Shown: positions 18,392 to 28,675 of the stretch, in pieces
How the letters are laid out: the number at the start of each line of letters is the position of its first letter
How positions within the stretch are numbered: the stretch's first letter is position 1
Source of the DNA: an uncultured Candidatus Saccharibacteria bacterium
GTDB taxonomy: Bacteria; Patescibacteriota; Minisyncoccia; Phycocordibacterales; UBA918
Assembly: GCA_964643955.1 (NCBI GenBank)
Contig: CAZXUO010000003.1
Coordinates: 19,865 to 83,864, forward strand
Reading direction: 5' to 3'
DNA: 64,000 nucleotides
Notes under the pieces: generated by a model
Database searches by the model: none
The model's input: the letters and a program-made list of their open reading frames with translations, nothing else
Told to the model about the DNA's origin: nothing
Made by a program: the position numbers and the translations under genes

Positions 18392-19612
18392 ATGGAACTA
18401 TTTTCATATCTTTGGCAGTATCTAGTGGGGGGCTTCGGTCTTGTGATCGCGTACGGCTTCGCGGCGATATTTATTTTTCTTGTGTTGCGCCAGTTCCATT
18501 CATGGAAAATCACTACAGCACTTGTCGCTATTTTTATAGGTGCCTCGATTGCCTTTTATGTTCCAAACGGTATTCCTCATGCATTTGAATATCCTCTGGG
18601 ACTCCGCACCTTTGGACCTTCCGAAGGTCCCGTTCTGCCGCTTTCAAATGTATTTTCGTTCTTGAAGAATTTCAGCTCGTTTGAGCGTGTCGCGAATATT
18701 GCCCGCAATCCCGATGACGTACCAGGCACAGCCGTGCAGAGTGTAGACGGTATCGTTGAAATCAACCTGGTTGCAAAGGAGGTGGTCGGTGAGATGGCCG
18801 ATGGAGTGACGTTTAACTATTGGACATTTGATGGCACCGTTCCAGGCCCATTCTTGCGAGTGCGCGAAGGCGATACGATTCGTCTAACACTTACGAACGA
18901 TCCATCGAGTCTGCATCATCACTCAATCGATCTTCATGCAGTAACTGGTCCAGGAGGAGGAGCGGCCGCCACTATAGTCGCGCCTGGCGAAAGCAAAACG
19001 ATAACGTTCAAGGCTTTGAATCCTGGCATTTTCATTTATCACTGCGCACATCCGAATGTTGCAAATCACATGGCACATGGGATGTATGGATTAATTCTTG
19101 TTGAGCCAGAGGAAGGACTACCTCCCGCAGACAAAGAATTTTACCTTGTGCAAGGTGAATTCTACAGTTCAGGATCACTTGGCCGTAAAGGACTTCAACT
19201 CTTTGACGCCCAGGCGATGCTTGAAGGGAAGCCACAATACATCGTTTTCAACGGCAAAACCGGCGCACTTGTTGATAATATGAAAGCCGATGTGGGTGAC
19301 ACCGTTCGCCTATATATTGGTAATGGCGGAGTCAATCTTATCTCCAGCTTCCACGTGATTGGCGAGATTTTTGACCGCGTATACCGAGAGGGAGACCTAG
19401 TAACTCCTCCTGCACAGAGCGTGCAGACTACGTTAGTTCCAGCTGGAGGCGCTGCAATGGTTGAGTTTAAGGTTGATTACCCGGGTAATTACGTTCTTGT
19501 TGACCACGCACTCTCTCGACTTGATCGTGGCGCGTGGGGAGTCCTGCATGTTGAGGGAGAAGCAGACCCAATGATTTTCGATGGAGAGATACAGAGCGGT
19601 CACGGACATTAA
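18392..19612 (+). CDS. nirK: Copper-containing nitrite reductase (AniA-like) with two N-terminal TM helices
   Basis: HSIDLH, YHCAH...HMAHGM, SSFHVIG, VDH: all Cu ligands and catalytic residues present. Confidence 0.95.
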   Translation: MELFSYLWQYLVGGFGLVIAYGFAAIFIFLVLRQFHSWKITTALVAIFIGASIAFYVPNGIPHAFEYPLGLRTFGPSEGPVLPLSNVFSFLKNFSSFERVANIARNPDDVPGTAVQSVDGIVEINLVAKEVVGEMADGVTFNYWTFDGTVPGPFLRVREGDTIRLTLTNDPSSLHHHSIDLHAVTGPGGGAAATIVAPGESKTITFKALNPGIFIYHCAHPNVANHMAHGMYGLILVEPEEGLPPADKEFYLVQGEFYSSGSLGRKGLQLFDAQAMLEGKPQYIVFNGKTGALVDNMKADVGDTVRLYIGNGGVNLISSFHVIGEIFDRVYREGDLVTPPAQSVQTTLVPAGGAAMVEFKVDYPGNYVLVDHALSRLDRGAWGVLHVEGEADPMIFDGEIQSGHGH

Positions 19613-19634
19613 TTTAGGTTTGCTGAAACTTCAA

Positions 19635-19976
19635 CTAAATTAAGCTCAGTTTTTTCTCTTTAAGAAGCATCCTGCTTCTTAGGTGGCTCAGCAATTCTCG
19701 CTTCTCGTACATCGGGCGCTTCCGTAAGATGTACTTTGCGTAATTCCGGATATCTATTTCCTTGATTTTTACCTTTTCCTTAACTTCGCGCCCTAGCACC
19801 GATTCTTGGAATTCATTGTGCGCCAATATCTCAGCTTTAATCCTGTCTTTCATTCCGATCTCGTCCAACGACACAGTATCGAGTATTTCCGCTAGCTGTT
19901 CGGTCAGTTCCTCCTCCCGGATGTAGCCGCATGGGCAATCCTTATCCCTGAATTTCGTGCATCCGTAGTGGGACAT
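19635..19976 (-). pseudogene. C-terminal remnant of a large serine recombinase (zinc-ribbon region onward)
   Basis: YGCTKFRDKDCPCGYIREEELTEQL; catalytic N-terminus absent. Confidence 0.65.
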
Positions 19977-20007
19977 TAAGGTATCCGAAAGAACTGGTCA
20001 TCGTAGT

Positions 20008-20226
20008 TTGGTTAATCGCTATTACATACAGCAAGTGTTCAACAATATTGAAGTCATTCCTGACGACCTGTTGAAGAGAGCTCTAGATTTGATCGAAGAT
20101 ATCGGAGGCAGCTCACCCCAACCAGAGTTGATAATTTCAAAAGTGGAAGACTATATAGAAGGAACGTTACTTTTTATGAAAGATGAAATTGGCAATAGCG
20201 AGCTCTCAAAGTATCGTTTATCCTAG
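20008..20226 (+). pseudogene. AT-rich gene fragment at the island edge
   Basis: Short ORF with a TTG start abutting the recombinase remnant. Confidence 0.35.
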
Positions 20227-20405
20227 TTAATATTTAACGTTTTTAGCAAGAATTGTAATTTTAGATTTTAGGCACGCAAGTAAGTCTCGTAATGACCATA
20301 AAATTTTGGTTTATCGATAGGATGGTTGGCCTCGTGGAGAAGAGCTAGTATTGTTTCTGGACTAATGTTTGGCGTGGGTTGTCGCGTAATGTATAGAGTG
20401 GGGAT

Positions 20406-20421
20406 GTAAAGCTCGCTTTAC
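20406..20421. promoter_or_regulatory. Putative XRE operator GTAAAG-N4-CTTTAC
   Basis: Palindrome upstream of the XRE gene; repeated at 21050-21065. Confidence 0.65.
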
Positions 20422-20454
20422 TCTCTCGAAGTACCTGCATATAATGAGCGGCGT

Positions 20455-20667
20455 ATGCAGGAGAAGATAAAGAATGCGGTGAGTAAGTACCGAATGCAAA
20501 TGGGCGTGACTCAAGAGGAGCTTGCTTCCAAAGTGAATGTAAGCCGCCAGACGATCATTGCTCTGGAGAAAGGGAATTACACACCATCAATCTTACTAGC
20601 GTTAAAAATTGCTGGTTTTTTTAAGATGCCTGTAGAAAAGCTCTTTAACATTTCATATGAGAAATAA
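20455..20667 (+). CDS. XRE/Cro family HTH regulator
   Basis: TQEELASKVNVSRQTIIALEKGNYTPS. Confidence 0.92.
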   Translation: MQEKIKNAVSKYRMQMGVTQEELASKVNVSRQTIIALEKGNYTPSILLALKIAGFFKMPVEKLFNISYEK

Positions 20668-21019
20668 TCTAATCGAGGCAGTGGTCACGATCGCGCTGGT
20701 TGGTATTGCGGTGTTACTCCTCAATCCATTTCATTTCTGGATGCCTGACATGATGGTGATCTGCATGCTTGCAATCACTCTCGGTCTGTTTGGAATATTT
20801 GCAAGCTTTATTCTCCGAGAGGGTGCCGCGGATGAACGCGATAGTGTGCACCGCACGCTCGCCGGAAGAAATGCATTTCTTGCAGGCTCTGGCGTACTGA
20901 CGCTTGGGATCGTTATTCAGGGATACACACACTCGGTTGATCCGTGGCTTGTTGCGGCGCTCGTCGTGATGATTGTTGTGAAGATTGTGACGCGGGTGTG
21001 GAGTGACAAAAATCGGTAA
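20657..21019 (+). CDS. DUF2178-like small membrane protein
   Basis: 4 TM, DERD motif, coupled to the XRE gene. Confidence 0.6.
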   Translation: MRNNLIEAVVTIALVGIAVLLLNPFHFWMPDMMVICMLAITLGLFGIFASFILREGAADERDSVHRTLAGRNAFLAGSGVLTLGIVIQGYTHSVDPWLVAALVVMIVVKIVTRVWSDKNR

Positions 21020-21036
21020 AGCCAGACCAAGTTATC

Positions 21037-21078
21037 CACCAAAGCAGATGTAAAGTACACTTTACATCTGCTTTGGTG
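21037..21078. promoter_or_regulatory. Perfect 19-bp-arm inverted repeat containing a second GTAAAG-N4-CTTTAC site
   Basis: CACCAAAGCAGATGTAAAG-TACA-CTTTACATCTGCTTTGGTG. Confidence 0.75.
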
Positions 21079-21129
21079 TTTATTACACTTATGTTCATAC
21101 AAGAGCATTAAGCGGCAAACATCTTTCTT

Positions 21130-21630
21130 ATGAACAAGCTCACGGGAATCATTTTAGGAATCGTCATCATCATAATCATTGCAGGTGTTGCATATGCGTC
21201 GCTCATGCAGCGTGAGGACGAGATGGTCGATGCAAAGATGGAAGAGGCAGGCATGATGGATGAAAAGATGATGTCACCAGAAGACGAGAAGATGATGGCT
21301 GATGAAAAAGAGATGGCCGCGCCAGGAGTTTATGAATCGTATGCGCCCGAGAAGCTCGCGCGAGCAGAGACGGGCGACGTCGTGTTGTTCTTCCACGCAT
21401 CGTGGTGCCCTTCGTGCCGCGGACTCAATGCAGATATTGAGAAAAATCTCGATGCAATACCGTCTGGGGTAAATATCTTGAAGGTGGATTATGACTCAGA
21501 GACAGAGCTCAAGAAGAAGTACGGCATTACCTACCAGCACACACTCGTGCAGGTTGCGGCCGACGGCACGATGATTAATAAGTGGAGCGGCAGTCCAACG
21601 CTCAGTAGCGTAGTCTCAAACATCAATTAA
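21130..21630 (+). CDS. Membrane-anchored thioredoxin with Met-rich linker
   Basis: FHASWCPSC; N-terminal TM; EMVDAKMEEAGMMDEKMM. Confidence 0.88.
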   Translation: MNKLTGIILGIVIIIIIAGVAYASLMQREDEMVDAKMEEAGMMDEKMMSPEDEKMMADEKEMAAPGVYESYAPEKLARAETGDVVLFFHASWCPSCRGLNADIEKNLDAIPSGVNILKVDYDSETELKKKYGITYQHTLVQVAADGTMINKWSGSPTLSSVVSNIN

Positions 21631-23445
21631 ATGATTTTTTTCGGCATCTCAGTACTCGCAGGTATCTTCACCGTCGTTGCGCCTTGTATATTGCCGCTTC
21701 TCCCGGTGGTGATGGGCGCATCAGAGACGGGTGATCGGCATGTTGGGAAGCGGGCGCTCATCGTCATTGGTGCGCTCTCGCTCTCGGTCATCATCTTCAC
21801 GCTTTTACTCAAAGCAACAACCCTCCTCATTGGTATTCCGCAAGTATTCTGGAGTTGGTTTTCTGGTAGTATCATCATCGCCGTAGGGTTTGCGATCACG
21901 TTTCCTTCATGGTGGGCGCGCGTGCCATACATTAATAAAGTGAGTGTACTCAGCAATCAGGCGGTCGGTGCGGGATATCAGAAGAAAAGTTATACCGGTG
22001 ATGCGCTGATGGGACTTGCGCTCGGTCCAGTTTTTACCACGTGCTCACCGACATACCTCTTCATTATTGCGACCGCGCTCCCTGCGACGTTTGCAACCGG
22101 CCTTTTGTATCTCTTCGGCTTCACGTTTGGGCTTGCTCTCTCACTTCTTGTGATTGCGTATTTTGGACAAACGCTCATCAATGCGTTGAATGCGCGCATG
22201 GATACTGCCGGAAGGGCGAAGCAAGTATTCGGGATTCTCATCATCGTGGTCGGGGTTTTGATCGTGACTGGTTTTGATAAAAAGATAGAGGCGTACATCC
22301 TCGATTCCGGCTATGGCGCGACGATACAATTAGAAAATAAACTCATCGAGCAATTTGCTCCCACATCTATGTCGACAAAAGAAGCACGCACGAGTGGTGG
22401 TGCCTACGAAACGATCACGCTCGCAGGAGGTTGTTTCTGGTGTACCGAGGCGTACTTTCAAGAACAAGAGGGAGTCATTGATGCAGTGTCGGGATATGCA
22501 GGTGGAGACGAATCGACTGCGTCGTATCTCGTGGTTGCGCAAGGTACGACGAAGCATCGAGAGGCAGTACAGGTGACGTACGACCCAGAAATTATTTCTA
22601 CTGAAAAGATTCTCGATATTTATTGGTCACACATCGATCCGACAAATACGGTCGGACAGTTTGCTGATGAGGGTTTCCAGTACACAAGCGCAATCTTTTA
22701 TCACACCGATGAGCAGCATGCGGTTGCGCATGATTCCAAGAATCGACTTGAAGTGAGTGGTCTCTTTGATAAACCAATTGCAACTGAAATTCTTCCGTTC
22801 AGTACTTTCTTTAAGGCGGAGGAGTATCATCAGGACTATTATAAGAAGGCGTCCGATCATTATGAGCGGTACAAGGAAGCGTCGGGTCGCGCTGGATTTG
22901 TCGAGGAGACGTGGGCGAAAGATGCAGCTATTCAATTTTTAGAATCGGAAGAAACAAAAACTATGAACACAAACGAGTCGTCGAAGAGTGACAACAAGTA
23001 CGAGTATACCGATGAGGAAATTGCAGAAAAGTTAAAAAACCTTGATCCACTTGCGTATCATGTGGTTGCTGAAAATGGTACCGAGTCACCATTTAATAAC
23101 GCCTACTGGGATAATAAGGCGGACGGCATCTATGTGGACATCGTGACAGGTAAGCCGCTGTTTTCGAGCACGCATAAGTATGACTCGGGTACCGGCTGGC
23201 CAAGTTTCTGGAGGACTATCGATGATGATTCGGTGACGATGCATGAAGATAATTCGCTTTCAACGACCCGCACCGAAATACGAACTGAGGCAGGGCATGT
23301 CGGGCATGTGTTTGAGGATGGGCCCGCAGAAGAAGGGGGAAGGAGATTTTGTACCAACTCCGCATCACTTCGGTTTGTACCAAAAGCGGACATGGAAAGA
23401 GAAGGATATGGTCAGTACCTGTATCTCTTCACGGAATCAGTTTAG
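21631..23445 (+). CDS. msrAB: CcdA-MsrA-MsrB triple fusion
   Basis: CcdA APCILP/TTCSP, MsrA GGCFWC, MsrB KYDSGTGWPSF...HVGHVF...RFCTNS. Confidence 0.9.
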   Translation: MIFFGISVLAGIFTVVAPCILPLLPVVMGASETGDRHVGKRALIVIGALSLSVIIFTLLLKATTLLIGIPQVFWSWFSGSIIIAVGFAITFPSWWARVPYINKVSVLSNQAVGAGYQKKSYTGDALMGLALGPVFTTCSPTYLFIIATALPATFATGLLYLFGFTFGLALSLLVIAYFGQTLINALNARMDTAGRAKQVFGILIIVVGVLIVTGFDKKIEAYILDSGYGATIQLENKLIEQFAPTSMSTKEARTSGGAYETITLAGGCFWCTEAYFQEQEGVIDAVSGYAGGDESTASYLVVAQGTTKHREAVQVTYDPEIISTEKILDIYWSHIDPTNTVGQFADEGFQYTSAIFYHTDEQHAVAHDSKNRLEVSGLFDKPIATEILPFSTFFKAEEYHQDYYKKASDHYERYKEASGRAGFVEETWAKDAAIQFLESEETKTMNTNESSKSDNKYEYTDEEIAEKLKNLDPLAYHVVAENGTESPFNNAYWDNKADGIYVDIVTGKPLFSSTHKYDSGTGWPSFWRTIDDDSVTMHEDNSLSTTRTEIRTEAGHVGHVFEDGPAEEGGRRFCTNSASLRFVPKADMEREGYGQYLYLFTESV

Positions 23446-23487
23446 ACCGATAATCAACCGGATAGGCCTCCGCTTGCAGAGATTTCA

Positions 23488-25455
23488 GTGGTTCACAATG
23501 GGCGGGTTTCAAGGGTACTTTTCATTGGTATAATTTTTCTAATGGGTCACGTATTGATGCGGAGCGCATGGACAGCGGTTTTTGCTATTGCGCTCATGTT
23601 TCCTTCATACATTTTTGCAGCAGATGAGCCGATCATGCATCTGAAATTTGATGATGGTTCTGGTACGACACCGCAGGATAGTAGTGCAAACAATGTCGAT
23701 GGCTCTTTCACTGCGACGCAGCCGACATGGTCGACGACGGTTCCTGATGTGGCATTTGATAATCCCCGTTCGCTCGACTTCACGGGATCAAATGATGGTG
23801 TGAATGTGACGTGGCCTGAAGCACTCGACTTTGCCGCAACTGACCCACGTACATTTTCATTCTGGTATCGTCCGACAGCGAATGGAGAAGGAGCGTATTC
23901 ACGCCTCTTGAGCTGGACGAGTGACCAGTTGGAAATTGCCGGTACGGAGGCTGGTGGGTCAACGCACAAGATCACATACTACGATGGTGAGTGGCATGCG
24001 ACTGACATCACATTGTCGATTGGTACGTGGTATCACGTGACGTTTACGTATGATGGAACGACTGCAAAGTTTTATATTGGTGATGAACTCCAAGATGAGC
24101 ATGCACTCGCAGGGCGTGCACTGAGCGGAACTCTTAAAATAGGTAATCGTGTTCAGGATGGAAATGAAGGTATCAATGGTCAGATGGATGATATTCGCAT
24201 CTATGACTATGCACTCAATGCGACGCAAGTCGGGAATCTTGCGTCGGGATCAAATGATCCAGACTCAGCGCCGGATGAGACCGCACCAACGTTTTCGAGT
24301 ATTAGCGCAAGTGCATCCTCGAGTGGTGCGACCGTGACATGGACAACCAATGAAGCGGCTTCGACTAAAGTCGTCTACTCAGTCGATGGTACCTACGCAT
24401 CTTCGACAGCGCACACCGATACATCGACGCGCGTGACGAGTCATAGTACAAGCGTGAGTGGACTTCTCTCGTGTACGTTGTATTGGTATCGAGTCGTTTC
24501 AGCTGATGCGGCGGGGAATTATGCGACCTCCACCGCAAGTCAGACTACGTTTAGTACAACCGGCTGTACGGGAGGAGACTCACCACAGATCTCGTCTGCA
24601 ACTCTGGCCACCAATGCAGGTGCAACGACAACACGCACGACGAGTGGACGAAGTTTGGCTGTCCATACACCAGAAAATTTTACCGATGATGTGGATTCGG
24701 TTGTGTTGCAAGTCGCATCATTGACGTCAAGTAGTGCACTTGGCGTGATCGGAAAACCTAATAGCAGCCTCACGAGTGCTGCCGCGTATGTGTTTGATGT
24801 GAAAGCATTGATCAACAACACAACTGAACTCGATTCATTTGATCTTCCGGTCAGGCTCACACTTACGTATACCGACGCAGACATGAGCGGACTCGATGAA
24901 AGTTCACTTGCTATGTATCACTACTCAGATAGTGCATGGTCAGAGCTTGATGACTGTACGGCCAATACGACAGCGAATACCATCACCTGTGAGACAGACA
25001 GTTTTTCGATATTTGGAATTTTTGGGACAGGGACGAGTGGAAGTGGTAGTACATCTGGTAGTGGCGGCGGTATACGATATGGATGCAAGGATAAGTCTGC
25101 ATTGAATTACGAGTATTTTTCTTCACACCGACAAGATTTGTGCAGATATACTGAGGTTCAGACAGGTTTGTGTCCGCGATACCAATTCACACGTCGACTC
25201 CAGTTTGGAAGTGAAGGAGAGGATGTGCGGGCATTACAAAAATTCTTGAATTGTGCCGGATTTACGATTGCATACGAAGGGCTTGGTGCGCCCAGTAACG
25301 AGACTTTATATTTTGCAGACCGTACGCTCGCAGCAGTGAAGCTCTTTCAAACAGCGTATGCTACTGAGATACTTTTGCCAGGTGGCTTCTTGAGTCCAAC
25401 TGGAATTTTTGCAACATTTTCACAAGCTAAAGCATACAGTCTGATGCAGCCATAA
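23488..25455 (+). CDS. Secreted LamG + FN3-like + peptidoglycan-binding surface protein (start uncertain)
   Basis: WYHVTFTYDG, GQMDDIRIYDYAL, TVTWTTNEAAS, GEDVRALQKFLN. Confidence 0.82.
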   Translation: MVHNGRVSRVLFIGIIFLMGHVLMRSAWTAVFAIALMFPSYIFAADEPIMHLKFDDGSGTTPQDSSANNVDGSFTATQPTWSTTVPDVAFDNPRSLDFTGSNDGVNVTWPEALDFAATDPRTFSFWYRPTANGEGAYSRLLSWTSDQLEIAGTEAGGSTHKITYYDGEWHATDITLSIGTWYHVTFTYDGTTAKFYIGDELQDEHALAGRALSGTLKIGNRVQDGNEGINGQMDDIRIYDYALNATQVGNLASGSNDPDSAPDETAPTFSSISASASSSGATVTWTTNEAASTKVVYSVDGTYASSTAHTDTSTRVTSHSTSVSGLLSCTLYWYRVVSADAAGNYATSTASQTTFSTTGCTGGDSPQISSATLATNAGATTTRTTSGRSLAVHTPENFTDDVDSVVLQVASLTSSSALGVIGKPNSSLTSAAAYVFDVKALINNTTELDSFDLPVRLTLTYTDADMSGLDESSLAMYHYSDSAWSELDDCTANTTANTITCETDSFSIFGIFGTGTSGSGSTSGSGGGIRYGCKDKSALNYEYFSSHRQDLCRYTEVQTGLCPRYQFTRRLQFGSEGEDVRALQKFLNCAGFTIAYEGLGAPSNETLYFADRTLAAVKLFQTAYATEILLPGGFLSPTGIFATFSQAKAYSLMQP

Positions 25456-25501
25456 TTTGGCTCGTTATAAAAGAGAGTTTATGCAGTTAATAGTAGTGAC
25501 T

Positions 25502-25528
25502 AACAGCCTGCTCCGGCAGGCTGTTTTT
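25502..25528 (+). terminator. Intrinsic terminator
   Basis: AACAGCCTGC-TCCG-GCAGGCTGTTTTT. Confidence 0.8.
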
Positions 25529-25618
25529 ATATGGATGTACGTGTTAATCCGCGCAGATAGTTTTGGATGTTTGTTATAATAGGGAGCGCACTTAAGAACT
25601 AACTTACACAAGCTTTAT

Positions 25619-26371
25619 ATGGATTTGAATCGACAAAGAATTATTATTGGAGGAATTGCCGTATTTGTCGGCCTCCTCGTCATCGCCGCCGCAATCTTTT
25701 TTGTAAGAGGGGGAATGTCGGGTGGCTTTACGCAGGAAGTTTCAACGTCTGATGCGGCAAACACCGTTCTTGATTTCTATGATCCATGGTTGCTCGCGGC
25801 ACAATCAACGAGCACCGATCCATATAAAGAAGGACTGGCTGACACATCGATATTGAGCAAGGAGCTACGTGAACGTCTTTCAAATACCGACGGCGAGGTT
25901 GATCCGGTGCTCTGTTCGGCGACTGTACCTGAGCAGATTTCTGCGCGGGTCGTGTTTGAGAATGAAGAGAGAGCTGAGGTACTTGTCTTGGCTACGGATC
26001 GAACGCGGACGGAGCAGTCGATTGTAGAGCTTTTACGTCACAACAACGGTTGGTATATCAATGATATTGAGTGTTCTCCGGGAGAGTTTGCACCAGATCG
26101 TGAGTTTAGCTTTGAGCAAGAGGGCTTTCTTCTGAAGAGCGTCGTGCCGCCGCTTGATCCTCAATACTGGCATCTCGTTTTTGAGCAAAATGGCCAGCAA
26201 GGACATGTTGCACAACTTTTCTTTGACGCTAATAGTGTTTGTGTGATGCCTGAAGGTCAGGAATCTACATGCGCACCTGATCAATTTATCGAGCCATCTC
26301 GAGCGCTCGTGAAGGGTGAGATGTCTGAGCGTGGCGTCCAAGTGAAGCGCGTCGAAATGCGAGGGGAGTAG
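25619..26371 (+). CDS. Membrane-anchored hypothetical protein
   Basis: N-terminal TM, paired Cys, 250-aa ORF. Confidence 0.65.
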   Translation: MDLNRQRIIIGGIAVFVGLLVIAAAIFFVRGGMSGGFTQEVSTSDAANTVLDFYDPWLLAAQSTSTDPYKEGLADTSILSKELRERLSNTDGEVDPVLCSATVPEQISARVVFENEERAEVLVLATDRTRTEQSIVELLRHNNGWYINDIECSPGEFAPDREFSFEQEGFLLKSVVPPLDPQYWHLVFEQNGQQGHVAQLFFDANSVCVMPEGQESTCAPDQFIEPSRALVKGEMSERGVQVKRVEMRGE

Positions 26372-26609
26372 TAATGAGAACGGCCTCTCTCGATTTTTCG
26401 AGTGAGGCCGTGAGTGCGCTCCTGAACTGATAGAAACTTATATCACCAACCTCTTTAGGTGTCGGGGACTCATTTCTAAAACAACTTTATCTACACAGGT
26501 TCTTCATTCATGAAGTAATAGAGTGAGAGGGATGTCGTCACCACTTATGAGTGGGGCGGCACTTAGTTTGTTAATTCCTTATAAGTATTAACCACTAATA
26601 ACCACTCAT

Positions 26610-27980
26610 ATGATCATAGGAAATATTGGTGCATTTTTACTCGCTCCGTTTATGATGACGTCCGCATTTACGGGAGTCAGTGTGGAGAGTCCGGCGTTCG
26701 ATCAGGCGATGGCGCGTGCGTCGTCGCACTGGGAACGTGTCATGGATGCTCCGCGATGGAGTAACTCATTCTTTAATCGCGTTGCACAGGCGCAGACTGA
26801 CGAAGACGAGCTTGCGGTAACTGAGATTGATCCGACTGAAGGTCCGACAGGAACGGAGGTCGTGCTTACTGGTGAAGGATTTACGGACGATAGTATCGTG
26901 CGCTTTGGAAAGGGTGCGATACATGATGTCGTGGTAAATGCGAGCGGTACGACACTCGCATTCACGGTTCCCGAATCGATGGGTAAGTATTGTCCGGACG
27001 GACGATTCTGTACGCAGATTGCGTACGAGGTGGAGCCGGGAGATTATCGTGTGCGCGTACAGGATGGCGACGAGACCAGTAATCGCGTTTGGTTTGAAGT
27101 AACTGAAGATGGTGGAAATGGTGATGGTGATCTTGCAATCGAAAAGATCGACGGACCAACTGCACTTGAGGTAGGTGCAGAGGGCACATGGACGGTTGAT
27201 GTTGCTGGAGATTTTGAAGGGAATCTCCAGTACTCGGTGAAGTGGGGAGATGAGGGCTTTAGTCCAATGCGTCTCCTGGGATTGTCTGATGATACACAGG
27301 CATCAGCAACCTTTACTCACACGTACAATGAGCCAGGTACGTACGCACCAGAGTTTACGGTGACAGACGAAGATGGAAATGAGGTGACAAAGGCAAGTGC
27401 GTCGGTCGTCGTCTCTCACGAGACTGATGTACATATTGCTTCCATTAATCCAGAAAAGGCAACGGTCGGTACCACGGTGACATTGACGGGTCATGGATTT
27501 GATTCTGATAGTACGGTCATGGTCGGCAGTACTACCGCCGAGGACATCATTGTCGAAGATGATGAAACCATCACCTTCACCGTTCCTAAGGTCTCGCTCG
27601 ACACTGAGCATATGGTCGTGGTGAAGAATGACGACGGAACAAGCAATACGATCGGCTTGATGGTGATAGCCGAGAAGGGTCGGGTGTCAGTCTCGGGTAT
27701 TGACGCACCAACGCGACTTCTTGTCGGCGAGGATGGCACATGGACGGTCGATGTGATGACAAATCTCTCGGGTAATTTGAGCTACTCAGTTGTCTGGGGG
27801 GATGAAGGTTCAAGTATGAGTGCACGAAGTGCGCTCAGCGAGAATACGCAGTCATCAGCGACATTCACTCATGCGTATGATGAAGCAGGTATTTATAAAC
27901 CAAAGTTCACGGTGATTGATGAGCAGGGCCATTCGGCAAGCGTGAGTGCATCAGTGGTTGTAACTGCAAATGATGAGTAA
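26610..27980 (+). CDS. Secreted IPT/TIG-PKD tandem-repeat protein
   Basis: GTEVVLTGEGF / GTTVTLTGHGF, and twice YSVxWGDEG..ATFTHxY. Confidence 0.82.
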   Translation: MIIGNIGAFLLAPFMMTSAFTGVSVESPAFDQAMARASSHWERVMDAPRWSNSFFNRVAQAQTDEDELAVTEIDPTEGPTGTEVVLTGEGFTDDSIVRFGKGAIHDVVVNASGTTLAFTVPESMGKYCPDGRFCTQIAYEVEPGDYRVRVQDGDETSNRVWFEVTEDGGNGDGDLAIEKIDGPTALEVGAEGTWTVDVAGDFEGNLQYSVKWGDEGFSPMRLLGLSDDTQASATFTHTYNEPGTYAPEFTVTDEDGNEVTKASASVVVSHETDVHIASINPEKATVGTTVTLTGHGFDSDSTVMVGSTTAEDIIVEDDETITFTVPKVSLDTEHMVVVKNDDGTSNTIGLMVIAEKGRVSVSGIDAPTRLLVGEDGTWTVDVMTNLSGNLSYSVVWGDEGSSMSARSALSENTQSSATFTHAYDEAGIYKPKFTVIDEQGHSASVSASVVVTANDE

Positions 27981-28021
27981 GATGACGCGATGGTGTAGTT
28001 GTGCTGGGATGTAGTGAGATG

Positions 28022-28060
28022 GAAACCACCCGCAAAGCCTTTGGCTTTGCGGGTGGTTTC
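28022..28060. terminator. 18-bp stem hairpin
   Basis: GAAACCACCCGCAAAGCC-TTT-GGCTTTGCGGGTGGTTTC. Confidence 0.75.
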
Positions 28061-28118
28061 GTCTATGGAGAGTCTGCATCTTCATCCTGCCCTCACGATT
28101 TTTTGCTATACTGCGCAT

Positions 28119-28652
28119 ATGAATTATCTTCTTGGGCTCGCTGTTGTTATTTTTGCGGTTACTGGCGTTTTCTTTTTTACCCGAGATGAGAATACAAATC
28201 TGATTTCTCCAGAGACTCAGTCTCAAGAATACGAGCAAGGAGAAGAGAGGGCGGAGACAGTCGAGACATCTGATGATACAAAACTCGACTTAAGTGGGCA
28301 GGGTCTCACGAGCGTTTCGCGCTCAGTATTTGATCGGACCGATATCGAAGTACTCGATCTCTCGGATAATGAACTGAGCGGCGCCTTGCAGGGGGAGGTA
28401 CGTTTTCTCAAAAATCTCCACACACTTGATCTTAGCGATAACAATTTTACGGGCGTTCCTGCTGAGGTCGGACAATTGTCTCGTCTTGAGATTCTTGATC
28501 TCTCAAACAATCCACTGACGGGATTGCCGAATGAAATAGGAAATTTGAAAAATCTCAAGGTCCTCGACTTACGCGGTACGTCATATTCAACGCAAGATCT
28601 TGAAGTTATTCGGCAAGGTCTCTCGTCGGGCGTAGATATTCGAGTTGATTAA
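28119..28652 (+). CDS. Membrane-anchored leucine-rich-repeat protein
   Basis: LxxLDLSxNxLxGxPxExGxL repeats. Confidence 0.88.
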   Translation: MNYLLGLAVVIFAVTGVFFFTRDENTNLISPETQSQEYEQGEERAETVETSDDTKLDLSGQGLTSVSRSVFDRTDIEVLDLSDNELSGALQGEVRFLKNLHTLDLSDNNFTGVPAEVGQLSRLEILDLSNNPLTGLPNEIGNLKNLKVLDLRGTSYSTQDLEVIRQGLSSGVDIRVD

Positions 28653-28675
28653 TTACGAAACGAAATATATCCACT

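Noticed and set aside
21032-21040. DnaA-box-like TTATCCACC (also near 30571), possible oriC
   Set aside because: Isolated mismatched boxes; no cluster and no dnaA
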